This document shows, in pieces, positions 11,734-25,100 of a stretch of 64,000 nt of DNA. The translations under genes and the position numbers were made by a program. This DNA is from the human T2T-CHM13v2.0 reference genome, Homo sapiens. The number at the start of each line of letters is the position of its first letter. Positions within the stretch are counted from its first letter, which is position 1. The notes below the pieces were generated by a model that was not told the DNA's origin, did no database searches, and was given only the letters and a program-made list of their open reading frames with translations. The DNA lies in NCBI RefSeq assembly GCF_009914755.1, contig NC_060926.1, one strand, 5' to 3'.

Positions 11734-14114
11734 CTAGTAGTGTGTGCCCATAATCCAGACTTTAGTTCCATTTCCTTTATTTCTGTGGGACCTTGGACAG
11801 ATTCTGCCCCGTGATTCTTTGTGAGAACTTTTAGACTTCTTAGATCCTTCTGGATTCAAACTCTGCATGTAACTTAAGTTTACCTTTACACGGAAAGACC
11901 CCATTCTTGGTGTTTCTTTGGAAAAATATTTTATTGAATTATAAGAAATTAAAACTGGCATCTAGATTCTTCAGAGAAAACCACTGAGAAAATAAGTTAT
12001 GTGTAACACCGTAAAATAAGTATTCCAAATTGGTCTGATTAACAGCCTATGAGAAGCCTGTTTTATATATATTAGAAAACAAATCCAGAATTTAGCTCCC
12101 TCTGAGATAATTATTGTGCTCTTCCCTGGAACCAGTTTTTATGTCCCAAGAAGAGATTTACATCTCAAATAAGCAGCAGGAACAAATTAGCTGCCAAGAA
12201 CTGTCCTTTCAAAGATGCTGTTGATAGCCAAGTTAAGATGATTATAAATCTATTAGAATGTACAACACCATTGATTTTGGTGTTTTAAAGATCTGAGGTA
12301 CGAGATTCTCTTTAAACTATAACAATGTTTTAAAAGTGCCTTTCCATACCATAAAATGTAATTTGACTTGGGTGCCTAAAAAACCTGACACATGGCAGTT
12401 CCTTTTTCAACTGTACTTCCTTTTTCACATGAGCACTATTAGAGCCTAGATAGGAATTGGGAATGACTAACATTGAGGATTTACATCATCGTTTCATATT
12501 TTTATAATTAGGGAAAAAAAGAAGACGCATGCTTTCCATAGAAGATGAGAATGGAAACTTAAATTTCCCAATCCAGGACATAAACGTTATGTGGCATCTA
12601 GATTAACCTCCCCCCAACCCCTGCCACCAGTATCATTCCAAATAACTTCCTTTGCTTGCTACAACTCTTTCCTTACTAAAATGAGTTAGCCTATTTGGTA
12701 AATTGAATGGTATTACATATCTCTGGGACAAAAGGCTTGATGATATTCATTATTACTGGTTTAGATACGTATTCTCTTCCTTTGCTCAGTGCACTTGATA
12801 AGGAAGTGAAATTAGCCACCTTTGTGATTGCGTCAAGCCTCAATTAAGTTCAGATCTGAGTTAATATAATCTATGGTTATTTTCAGCCATTGTAGTTGTC
12901 ATTTGTGTTTCCGAATTGTCAAACAATGCACTGTCTATATAATGCCCTTTAATTTGCCCAAAATTACAAGAGCCGATCTGAATTCTGCCCAAGTATTTTT
13001 TGCATTTCTCATTACTCTTTCTTTCAAAGCTGCCTTCTCGCTCCATTCCTCTCTCAGGAAATGGAACTAGTCGGGGGCCTCTGTCAGACTCCCTTCATGT
13101 TTAAGAACAGTTGATTTTCCAAAAACATGTCTGTCTTGTGCTTTATTCACTCAGGACTGTGTTCTTGGCTATTTCCATTGATGAAATTATTTCTATAAAG
13201 ACACTATCTGACTGACAGGGACTGAGCGGACTCCTTCACCACAATATCTTAATTTTAGTTTAATGGTGTCCACAGATGGTATAACTTAAAGGTTTACCAA
13301 TTGTGGAAATTTTCATACCATATTGAAGTTAAGATCATTGTGGAGGGGAGAATAATATTTTTCAAAACTTAAATTATTTATAAAGGAATTTTGATGAAAT
13401 TCACAATTCAGGTCCAATGCTACTATGGAAAAGTTCACTGAGACAGTTTGCAGCGATTTGGAAGCATGGCACATTGGTAGGGCGGTGTGCTTGCCATCAT
13501 CCTCTCCACCCCCATTCCACTCCAGTTGATACCACCTTCAAATAGCAACAAAACTTCAAATTCACTTGCTTTCAAGGAATCAATATTTCCTCTTTCCATT
13601 GGATGGAGAGGTATAAACTCAGCCTAAAATTATAATCCCTTTAGTCCCGGTGCTAGAGATGTTGTCAACATTGGTTGCAGATTCATGCTGTCCTAAATTT
13701 TTAGCAGCTCAGGAATTTCTCCAGTCTTTTGTTTGTAAACCATTTTCTCTTCTGAAGGCTTCTAGAATTTTTTCTTAACTTCAATATTTTTTCTCAAATA
13801 TATTTTCCTTAGTGTTTCTACTTAAAGGTCGATATCTTTCCAAATCATACTTTAATAAAATATAATAAACACAGGATTTTATATGCACCAGGAGTTCAGC
13901 AATTGCTTTTTTATATACAAAATATTTTTAAGTCTTGAATAACTATTTAATCTGACTACACATGATTGTTAGAGGAACTCTTCTCCTATTTTTTCATTTA
14001 CATGTTAACACATACTAGTGTTTTAGAGTTTTTGGGTGCAAATTCCATTTCTAACATGTTGAATAATATTTAAATACTATCCACTAATAAATATGTTGTT
14101 TTTCACCACTGCAG

Positions 14115-14234
14115 GTGGAAGAGGCCCTGGAAGCTGTCAAAAATGCTACAAATGAGCAAGACCTTGCAAACCGTTTTAAAGAGTTTGGGAAAGAGATGGT
14201 GAAACTTAACTATGTAGCAGCAAGAAGACAACAG
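14115..14234 (+). CDS. CTNNA2: Alpha-N-catenin coding exon (exon 5, 120 nt, phase 0-0)
   Basis: Acceptor tttttcaccactgcag| and donor CAG|gtggga. Translates VEEALEAVKNATNEQDLANRFKEFGKEMVKLNYVAARRQQ, in frame with the flanking exons. Absent from the ORF track. Confidence 0.97.
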
Positions 14235-14867
14235 GTGGGAAAGATTTTAGAAATGCTAGGGGAGAAAATGGGTGAGTTTAAATAACCCTGTAGCTTTTTA
14301 GGCCTGAACAATGGATCAACTGCATCTGCTTGCTATCAAATGCCCTAAGAACCTGTGATGACAAAGGTTGCTTCCTGCAGGGGCCAGTTGTGATGCCTTG
14401 GTGGGCTCTGGACCACTCTCTGGCCCCCACCTATAAGCAGGCCACAGATTATTTGCTTCACTGGTGGACCCACCCTGCTAGCCCTACCACACTCTGATCT
14501 TCTATCCACTGTAGGAACACAGCTCTGATGTCAAATAAAAAATATTAAACTGTGGGGTAGTGCTGTGGTCAGTCTCTGGATGTCACCCTTTGCCCTCACT
14601 TTTTGTCTCCTAGTCTTGTGAACACCACCACACATATACACTCCCAGGATATGTAGTATGTGGGGTGAAATTTTTCTGAAAGAGAAGAAGAAAACATGAA
14701 CAAAATGAGAGGAAATGCAGGGGTGGGGGAACGGAGAAAGGGAGAGAGAACAGGGGGAAAAGGGGAGGGGAGTGGGGAAGGGGAGGAAGGGAAAAAGGGG
14801 TGAGAAGAGTGCAGGTGAGCGTGAGTCACTCTCATGATGCTGTGTGACCTGGGATCTCCTCAGCCTC

Positions 14868-15247
14868 AGTATTAGTTTGTTCTCATGCTGTTATAAAGAA
14901 CTGCCCTGAGACTGGGTAATTTCTAAAGAAAGGAGATTTAACTGACTCACAGTTCCACATGGGTGGGGAGGCCTCAGGAAACTTACAATCATGGTGGAAG
15001 GGGAAGTAGGCGCCTTCTTCACAAGGTGGCAGGAGAGAGTGAGCAAGAGCAGGGAAAACTGCCTTATAAAACCATCAGACCCCCGTGGGAACTCACTCAC
15101 TATCACGAGAACAGCATGGAGGAACCACCCCTATGATCCAGTCACCTCCCTTCCTCGACACATGGGGATTATAGGTCCCTCCCTCCACATGTGGGGTTTA
15201 CAATTCAAGATGAGATTTGGGTGGGGACACAGAGCCAAACCATATCA
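14868..15247 (-). mobile_element. THE1/MST-type MaLR solo LTR (THE1D/MSTA-like)
   Basis: Minus strand starts TGATATGGTTTGGCTCTGTGTCCCCACCCAAATCTCATCTTGAATTGTA. 5-bp TSD gcctc at 14863-14867 and 15248-15252. Confidence 0.9.
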
Positions 15248-15719
15248 GCCTCCTTTTTGTCTAGGGATTTCTCAGTTTCAGCTAACTCTGTTTGCTCACT
15301 GGATACCTTTAGTATTTTGTTCCCATCGAGTGGGTTTTTATTCTTTCGCCATAGAAAAAATATTTCCAAATGTGGAAGGATCTCCTAAAATCCTTTCACC
15401 CATCCTTTTGACTGCTTCCAGAATTTTTTAAAACATTTTGGGCCATTCGTAGTTTCTCTAACTTTCTCTCTGACCAACAGGAAAGTTCCACTCAACAAAC
15501 ATTTATTGAATGTTCATTCTGTGCCAGGCTTAAGTGAGGCTGGGATTAGGAACTTAACCAAGAGCCAGTCCTCAGTGAGACAGGCACATAAATGTGATTT
15601 TAGTTTATGTGGTTATTTTTAAGTATGTTTTTATCAGCAGAATTCCTTGTTGAAAGGGAATCTTGTATGGTAGCCCAATGTGTAATATAAACAGGAACAA
15701 AGTTACTCTGAATAGTGAG

Positions 15720-16064
15720 AGAGAGATAGAGAGCCCCAGGAGGCTACTGGTGCAGGCCCCAGAGTCTAGAAGCCTAGGAATCTGGTGTTCTGATGTCCAA
15801 AGGCAGGAGGAGAAGGGCATTCTGCTCTGGAAGGGAGAGAGAGAATGAATTCACCCTTCCTCCACCTTTTTGTTCTGTCGTTGCCCCCAGCCGACTGGAT
15901 GGTACCCACCTACACTGAGGGTGAAGCTTCTCCACTTAATTCACTGGCTCACATGCCAGTCACCTCCTAAAACACTCTCACAGTGACACATTCAAAATAA
16001 TGCTTCATCAGCCTTCTAGATACCCCTCAATCCAGTCAAGTTGACACCTAAAATAACCAACACA
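15720..16064 (-). mobile_element. MLT2 (ERVL) LTR fragment
   Basis: Ends caatccagtcaagttgacacctaaaataaccaacaca, the reverse complement of the MLT2 start. Internal tctgatgtccaaaggcagg. Confidence 0.7.
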
Positions 16065-17915
16065 GATGTGCCGATTTTGAGATATCCACATTGAAACATC
16101 AAATAGAAGAGAAGTGTTGCCTGGAGATGGAAACATGGGCCATCAGCATGTAGCTGACATTAAAAGCCACGAGAATATATATGATGTTCATATGAAAATG
16201 CCTACATTATTTATTTTTACTTCATTAATACTTTGTTTTTAATTGATTGTTAGTTCAGACTCTTTCAAGAAAATTTAGAAAAACAGTAGAACAGAAGGAA
16301 AGGGGAAAAACACATAATACCCTACCACCCACAAAGAATATGGTGCTGATATTTTGGTATATTTTCTTTCAGATATTTATCTTCACATATTAATGCATTT
16401 AAAATCATACTATGCATACAAATATGCGTATTGTGTTCTGCTTTTTAATTTATCTTATAAATATTATTCATGTTATTAATTTTTGGAAAACTAATTTTAA
16501 TTATCACATACTCCAATATGAATGTTTCAGTAGTTTTTTTTCAACCAATTCTTGGTAATTCAATATTTAGATTGTTTCCAGTTTTCTTCTTATGATTAAA
16601 ACATGTTTCTTCAAGTGTTTTATGGAGAGATTTTCACAACCCGCATTTCTCACTTCTGTATTTAGATCTATTTTACCATTTTATTATTTTTTTTAGTATA
16701 GATACCCAGGAATGGAATTTCTGGACCAGATGTTCTGACATTAATAAAGGTTTTCATGACTGTTTGGGAGAAACCTACCTCTCGTGCCCAAATCATTGCC
16801 CAGTAGAGAATACATTCAAATATTTGTTACCTGTTTATCCATTTTCATCTCTGGGGCTCAAATTAGATAATCCCAATTTAGAAATTGTGTTACCTAGCAT
16901 CCATCTTTTAATGCTTAAGCAAAGGGGGAAAAAGATGGTTCAGTAAATTGTTCATTATTTATTACCAATTTTCGTGACAATCTTAGATATCAAATATAAT
17001 GTGTTTGTCTCAGAATTGTTTTGACCAACAAAACAGAAGATGTGATTTCTTGTTACCAGGTCATTCATCTATCATGTGCCAAATGAGCAAATAGGAAGAG
17101 AAGCCCAGTGGTTCAAATACGCTTTACTGATGTTTTCCAGCTGGAAGAATATTCTCCCAGAGATAACACAGCTGGCAATCCTGCATGGCTCTCAAAGAGC
17201 AACACTGCTTTAACATTTCTGAAAATCATTTGAACATTTTCTTAACAACAGCCTTTAAAGATGGAAATAAAGAGACTCCCTAGTGGTATTATTTTGTCAT
17301 CCAAAACTAGGAAAACAAATCATCTTTGGCCTGTTATTTTCTGTTCTCTAAACTTAATGATGAGCTGCCATTAGAGGCTGTCAACAACAACAAAGCAGGA
17401 ACCCTATTCTGAAAATGATAATTAAGGGACACTGATGTGTTGAGCAAAAATCAGAAGTTTGGTTTCCCATTTGTAACAGTAATTGAATATGGAGGCAAGT
17501 AGGGCCTCAGAAGACTGACGTTTTCAGGTTTTCTGTCTGTTCATAACTAACTGTATGGCCCATGCAATCAATTTACCTTCTTGGTGGCTTGGTTTTTATA
17601 TTATCTCAGCAATATTTTATTGAATGCCTCTTATAGGCCAGCCACTTTGCTAATGACTAAAGAGCCACTGAATAAGAAAACTAGGGCTCCCTGCTGTCAT
17701 TAGAGGTACGTTATAGAAGAGAAATATATGCTCAAAAAATACAGTAAAGTAGGAAGTGTTAGTGATAGGAGAGGAAGAGTGTCTTGTGGGAACAGATGAA
17801 AGGGGACACAGCTTAGAAAGTTGGGTGGAGGATGTGCCAAGTCAGTGGAGCCCTGTCAGGTGAAAGGGTAGGGCAGAGGAGGAAAGCTCAGGCATTTCAC
17901 ATAGAAGGGACAGTA

Positions 17916-18226
17916 GGCCAGGTGTGGTTGCTCATGGCTGTCATTCCAGCACTTTGGGAAGCAGAGGTGGGAGAATCCCTTGAGGCCAGGAGTTCAAGGC
18001 CCACCTGGGCAACATAGCCAGACCCCACTTCCACAACTTTTTTTTTTTTAACTAGCCTGGTGTGGAAGCATGCACCTGTAGTTCTAGCCACTTAAGAGGT
18101 TGAAGAGGGAGGATCACTTGGGCCCAGGAGATGGAGGCTGCAGTGAGCTTTGATAACACCACTGTACTCCAACCTAGGTCACTATAGAGACCTAGCTGTC
18201 TCTATAAAACAGACAAACAAACAAAA
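17916..18226 (+). mobile_element. Old AluJ-type SINE with T-rich middle linker
   Basis: ggccaggtgtggttgctc...ggaggatcacttg...cagtgagc. The linker has T12 at 18038-18049. Confidence 0.88.
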
Positions 18227-18374
18227 GAGTATATGCAAAGGCCTGGCAGCTAGAAACAGCACAAGGGTTTCTGAAGTTCAGTGTGTTACTAAGAGTCTGT
18301 GACTCCAAACTGTGTTGCAAATATTTCTATGCAAATTTCATGTGTGTGACAGCTTTCATGTGTTACACACACAG

Positions 18375-18641
18375 GAGCTGAAGGATCCTCACTGTCGGGA
18401 TGAGATGGCAGCCGCCCGAGGGGCTCTGAAGAAGAATGCCACAATGCTGTACACGGCCTCTCAAGCATTTCTCCGCCACCCAGATGTCGCCGCTACGAGA
18501 GCCAACCGAGATTATGTGTTCAAACAAGTCCAGGAGGCCATCGCCGGCATCTCCAATGCTGCTCAAGCTACCTCGCCCACTGACGAAGCCAAGGGCCACA
18601 CGGGCATCGGCGAGCTGGCTGCGGCTCTTAATGAGTTTGAC
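18375..18641 (+). CDS. CTNNA2: Alpha-N-catenin coding exon (exon 6, 267 nt, phase 0-0)
   Basis: Acceptor acacacacag| and donor GAC|gtaagc. Translates ELKDPHCRDEMAAARGALKKNATMLYTASQAFLRHPDV...GELAAALNEFD. Confidence 0.97.
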
Positions 18642-18841
18642 GTAAGCATCCTGGTGAGGTACACAGAGGGGTGGGCACTGGTGTTGACAAAAAAAAAAAA
18701 TGTATTGAGGATGAAGGGCCACTACAATAATTTACATTGATTTTTCTCTTTTGGAGGTTTTAATAGTAAGATAAACTACATAATGCATTTCTGTAATATA
18801 TTGGCTAAGCCATTATCACTTGTCTTTAAAGAAACAACTGT

Positions 18842-19171
<330 letters not shown>

Positions 19172-20104
19172 TTACAGGCTATTTTAGGGACAGTTCATAA
19201 TTTGACGATCATCTTTATTATTAAAGGGGCACATGTTATGGGCAGCCTAGATGTACGTTGCCTCTATGTTGTGCCTGCGTGAAAAGCTGCCATCAATTTC
19301 TTTGTTTTAAATCAGTGATAAAGTACATTGCCCTATGATCCCACACAGGACCCTGGTCTTCATTAGAACAGACCCTCTGGGGAGAGCCTGTGCTAGTTCT
19401 CTGAAAGTCCTACATTCTACACTGGCTGTTTCTGTAGGTGTGTCCTGGTGAGGGAAGAAGCAAGGAGGATTGTTCACTGTACTGAGCCATATGTGAAGCA
19501 TCAGTGTGAGTGAGAAGGTTGCACGCATGTCATCAGCACCCCGGGATGACAGCCCCCATTCCCCCCGGGTCAGAGGACCTGTGAGAAGTTGGAATTTATT
19601 TATCTTATGATCAATGAAAGCCTACAAAGATTTATAAATAATTAGCATCTACTTTCCAGGGTTAAATAACCCTGCAGGGGAGATGAGGGAAGTAGAATGC
19701 ACTAAACACCATTTAATTGATAAAACACAATGTTACAGGAATTCATAGAAGAAAAATAGGTTACTTAATGGTCATGAAGAAAGATGATGAGCTTGCTTTT
19801 GAATATGTTGATGTGAATTTTTGGCAAGAAATAACTAGTTAGCAGCTGGAAAAAAAGGTCCAGGAGCAAAGCAATGATTGTTCAAGGCTTGGAGATGGAT
19901 GATATAACTGAGGAATAATTTTAACAGTTCATACTCAAATAGTTCTTACCATTTTCATAGTGGTCTCTCCTCTTTCCCATATTTTTACAGTTAGTTATAT
20001 GTATCTCACACCATATATTATTTCCTAAGGTTTTTTTTGTGAGGATTAAATATGATAATATATTTAAAGCACTTGCTACAGAAATGAAGACTTAATAATA
20101 GGTA

Positions 20105-20810
20105 ATTTTATTCACAAAATTGCAGCGAGCAACTGAAAATTCATAGAAAATAATGAGAGTTCAAAATAATGTTTACTTTATATAACATAAATATACAAAA
20201 ATCTCTAGATTTTCGTCATGTAAAATAAAGTAGAATAACGAGGAGATATTCACAAAACAAATAATTTTTAAAAAGTTAATTTTATTTTATTATTTCTTAT
20301 ATCTGCTAGAAATAAGTCTAATATAGATGTGAAGGACCTAAAAAGTCAAATTATATTACTTTATTGAGGGACAAGTTTTACTTGTCAGTAAATGATATCA
20401 TGATCTTGAGTAGGAGAACTATTGATCCTATCAGTTTTCATAATGTTGAAGCAATCTCAATACAAATTCTAAGAGGATTCTTTTGGAACTTGACAGAGGA
20501 GTGATAAAGGATTTTTGTTTGTTTGTCTTTTTTTATATTCTAGAATAAAGAATGAATGAGCCCATATTTCAGGGAAAAGTAAATGAGCAGGTCATACACA
20601 CAGATATTAAAACATTGTAATGCTACATTAATTTTAAAGGTGTGTATTGAAACACAAATGGACTCATCCATGAAAGAATAAAAATCATAGGCAATCTCAA
20701 ATACAAAATTATTTTATAAATTGGTGTTTATTAAAATTAGTTAAGAATGGATTATTTAGTCAGATTTTGACACAATTACATTATTCTAGTTATAATTTAT
20801 TTTATAATCA
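20105..20810 (+). mobile_element. Old L1M ORF2 fragment
   Basis: Degraded ORF2 motifs (atatacaaaaatc, tagaaataagtctaatatagatgtgaaggaccta, aatctcaatacaaattctaagaggattcttttggaacttgaca). Confidence 0.6.
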
Positions 20811-22139
20811 AAAATAAACAACAAAACCTAAGTGAGGAGCTGGTTAAGAGTGAAAATATGAAGCACAGAGAGAAGGCCTGTGAACAGTCCAGGAACTTCA
20901 GCTGCTGCCACCTTCTGTCCAAGAGTGTGACAACTGCTGCTTCCCCATGCTGCCTTTTGTTTCCAGACGATTTTCATTAAAAGCACCTTTTATCCCCAAT
21001 TAATGTAACAACCGATGCGTCACTGCAACAGTGCAAAAGGCTTTCATTCATAAAAATCAAACTTGAGGTCATGTGGGGAAAATCTATTAGCAAAGTATGT
21101 CAACATGTTGAATGTTCAAGGTTTTTTTGTTGTTGTTGTTGTTTTTCCTGAAGTGATATCTCCTCATGCTGGACAAATAAGGCTTTGGAAATTTAACACA
21201 TGAATATAACCATCAAACATGTTTTTTATAAAACATGATATATTTGAAACAGTTGGAAAAATTAAAATATAAAGTATAATATGGTAAATAAATCACTAAC
21301 TATATTTTATTAACTTTAAACTTCTATATTAACTAATTATATTACTTATAATATTAACTCAGTATATTATATATGAATGAAAAAATTATATTTTATATTA
21401 GCTAAGTATATTAATGAGGTAATATATTCTTATTAAATGTATACTGTTTCTCAAGCTATGAGAATTACGTAAAGCGTTATCTAATGGTCAACATTTTACT
21501 TCTTGGAGGTCAACAAAAATCAAAATGTGGAGGCTGTCTGAATTGCAGTTTTGAAACAATAATTCCATTTGATGTGGTTCCCTAACAATTGTCATTTAAC
21601 AAATGCAATTTAATTTCAGCACTTTCTCAAAAGTAGTAATGCTAGTAAATTAGTATTGAATTTACAGACTGTAATGTGATTCACCTGCTGTAGATTTTCT
21701 ATCACTTCTGACATCAGCAAACCTAGACAGTAGTTAATGATACTTGAAATTTTCTCATTAAAATAATATACCTTTTCTCTTTATTTTATGACTAAATTAT
21801 AAATTTCTGTTCCATAGTTGTATGATGAATACTGTTTTTTTTAAAATTTCTTAGGCATGCTAACTTGAAATTGATTTTGAATTCATGGACATCTGTCATG
21901 AGTCCTAAATGCTATTCTCAGATATTAAACAAATTGATATTTCATTGGGTGAAAAACTCACTCAAACTTCCTGTGGTTTACTTTTCTGGCAAAATCTCTT
22001 ACTGATACTTGGTATAATACCTTTCTCATATAGTGAAAATTTAAATAAGTTTAACGTCTTTGAAATGCTGAAGTAAAAGGAACCATAAAAATGCAAAATA
22101 TATTTTCATAGACAGCACAGCTAGTATGCCCTAAAATTT

Positions 22140-25100
22140 ATTTTTTAAAAATTTTACTTTAAGTTCCAGGATACACGTGCAAAATGTGCAGGTTTGTTAT
22201 CTAGGTTTACATGTGCCATGGTGATTTGCTGCACCTATTGACCCATCCACTAAGTTCCCTTCCCTTGCCCCCACCCCGCAACAGTCCCTGGTGTGTGTTG
22301 TTCCCCTCCCTGTGTCCATGTGTTCTCATTGTTCAACTCCCACTTAGGAATGAGAACATGTGGTGTTTGGTGTTCTGTTCCTGTGTTAGTTTGCTGAGGA
22401 TGATGGCTTCCAGCTTCATCCACGTCCCTGCAAAGGACATGATATTATTCCTTCTTATGGCTGCATAGTATTCCATGGTGTATATGTGGCACATTTTCTT
22501 TATCCAGTCTATCATTGGTGGGCATTTGGGTTGGTTCCATAACTTTGCCATTGTAAATAGTGCTGCAGTAAACATACATGTGGATGTGGCTTTACGGTAG
22601 AAAGACTTATATTCCTTTGTGTATATACCCAATAATGGGATTGCTGGGTCTAATGGTATTTCTGGTTCTAGATCTGTAAGGAATTGCCATACTGTCTTCC
22701 ACAATAGCTGAACTAATTTACATTCCCACCAACAGTGTAAAAGCGTACCTGTTTCTCCACAGCCTTGCTAGCACCAATTGCATCTATAGCATCTATCTAT
22801 TCTTGACTTTTTAATAATTGCCATTCTGACTGGCCCGAGATGGTATCTCATTGTGGTTTTGATTTGCATTTGTCTAATGATGAGTGATGTTGAGCTTTTT
22901 TTCATGTTTGTTGGCCATGTAAACATCTTCTTTTGAGAAGTGTCTGTTCATATCCTTTCTCCACTTTTGGATGGGGTTGTTTGTTTTTGTAAATTTAAGT
23001 TCCTTGTAAATTCTGAATATTAGACTTTTGTCAGATGAGTCGATTGTAAAAATTTTCTCCCATTCCGTAGATTGCCTGTTCACTCTGATGATTCTTTTGC
23101 TGTGCAGAAGCTCTTTAGTTTGGTTAGATACCATTTGTCAATTTTGGCTTTTGTTGCAATTGCTTTTGGTGTTTTCATCATGAAGTCTTTGCCCATGCCT
23201 ATTTCCTGAATGGTATTGCCTAGGTTTTCTTCTAGGGTTTTTATGGTTTTGGGTTTTACATTTAAGTCTTTAATACATCTTGAGTTAGTTTTTGCATAAG
23301 GTGTAAGGAAGGGGTCCAGTTTTAGTTTTCTGCCTATGACTAGCCAGTTTTCCAGCACTATTTATTTAATAGGAGATTATTTCCCCATTGCTTGTTTTTG
23401 TCAGATTTGTCAAAGATCAGATGGTTGTAGATGTGTGGTGTTATTTCTGAGGTCTCTCTTCTGTTCCGTTGGTCTGTCTGTTTTGGGACCAGTACCATGC
23501 TGTTTTGGTTACTGTAGCCTTGTAGTTTAGTTTGAAGTCAGGTAGCATGATGCCTCTAGCTTTGTTCTTTTTGCTTAGGATTGTCTTGGCTATACGGGGT
23601 CTTCTTTAATTCCATATGAAATTTAAAGTAGTTTTTTTTTCTAATTCTGTGAAGAATGTCAATGGTAGTTTGATGGAAGTAGCATTTATTCTATAAATTA
23701 CTCTGGGCAGTATGGCCATTTTCACAATGCTGATTCTTCCTATCCATGAGGTTGGAATGTTTTTCCATTTTTTTGTGTCCTCTCTTAATTCCTTGAGCAG
23801 TGGTTTGTAGTTCTCCTTGAAGAGGTCCTTCACATCCTTGTTAGCTGTATTCCTAGGTATTTTATTATCTTTGTAGCTATTGTGAATGGGAGTTCATTCA
23901 TGATTTGGCTCTCTGCTTGTCTGTTATTGATGTAAAGGAATGCTTGTGATTTTTGCACATTGATTTTGTATCCTGAGACTTTGCTGAAGTTGCTTATCAG
24001 TTTAGGGAGTTTCTGGGCTGACATGATGGGGTTTTCTTGATATACAATCATGTTGTCTGCAAACAGAGAAAATTTGACTTCCTATCTTCCTATTTGAATA
24101 TGCTTTATTTCTTTATCTTACCTGATTGCCCTGTCCAGAATTTCTAATACTATATTGAACAGGAGTGGTGAGAGAGGGCAGTTTTGTCATGTATTGGTTT
24201 CCAAAGGGAATGCTTCTAGCTTTTGCCCATTCAATATGATATTGGTTGTGGGTTTGTCATGAATAACTCTTGTTATTTTGAGGTATGTTCCATCAATACT
24301 TAGTTTATTGAGAGTTTTTAATGTGAAGCGATGTTGAATTTTATCAAAGGCCTTTTCTGCATCTATTGAGATAATCATGTGGTTTTGTCTTTGGTTCTGT
24401 TTATGTGATGGATTACTTTTCTTGATTTGCCTATGTTGAACCAGCTTTGCATCCCAGGGATGAAGCTGACTTGGTCATGGAGGGTAAGTTTTTTATGTGC
24501 TGCTGGATTTGGTTGGTCAGTATTTGATTGAGGATTTTTGCTTTGATGTTCCTTATGGATATTGGCATGAAGTTTTCCTTTTTTATTGCATCTCTTCTCA
24601 GTTTCAGTATCAAGATGATGCGGGCTCCATAAAATGAGTTAGGGAGGAGTCCTTCCTTTTCAATTGTTTGGAATAGTTACAAAAGGAAGGGTACCATCTT
24701 CTCTTTGTACCTCTGGTAGAATTCACCTGTGAATCCATCTGGTCCTGGGCTTTTTTTGGTTGGTAGGCTATTAATTACTGCCTCAAATTCAGAACTTGTT
24801 ATTGGTCTATTCCATAACTTTACTTCTTCCTGGTTTAGTCTTGGGAGACTGTATGTGTCCAGGAATTTATCCATTTCTTCTAGATTTTCTAGTTGATTTG
24901 CATAGAGGTGTTTATAGTATTTTCTGATGGTAGTTTGTATTTCTGTGGGGTCAATGGTGATATCTCCTTTATAATTTTTTATTGTGCCTATTTGATTCTT
25001 CTCTCTTTTCTTTATTGGTCTAGTTAGTGGTTTATCTATTATGTTATTTTTTTCAAAAAATTAGCTCCTGGATTCATTGATTTTTTTGGAGGGTTTTTTG

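Noticed and set aside
14991-15431. 146-aa ORF
   Set aside because: Starts inside a MaLR LTR and has no recognisable protein similarity.
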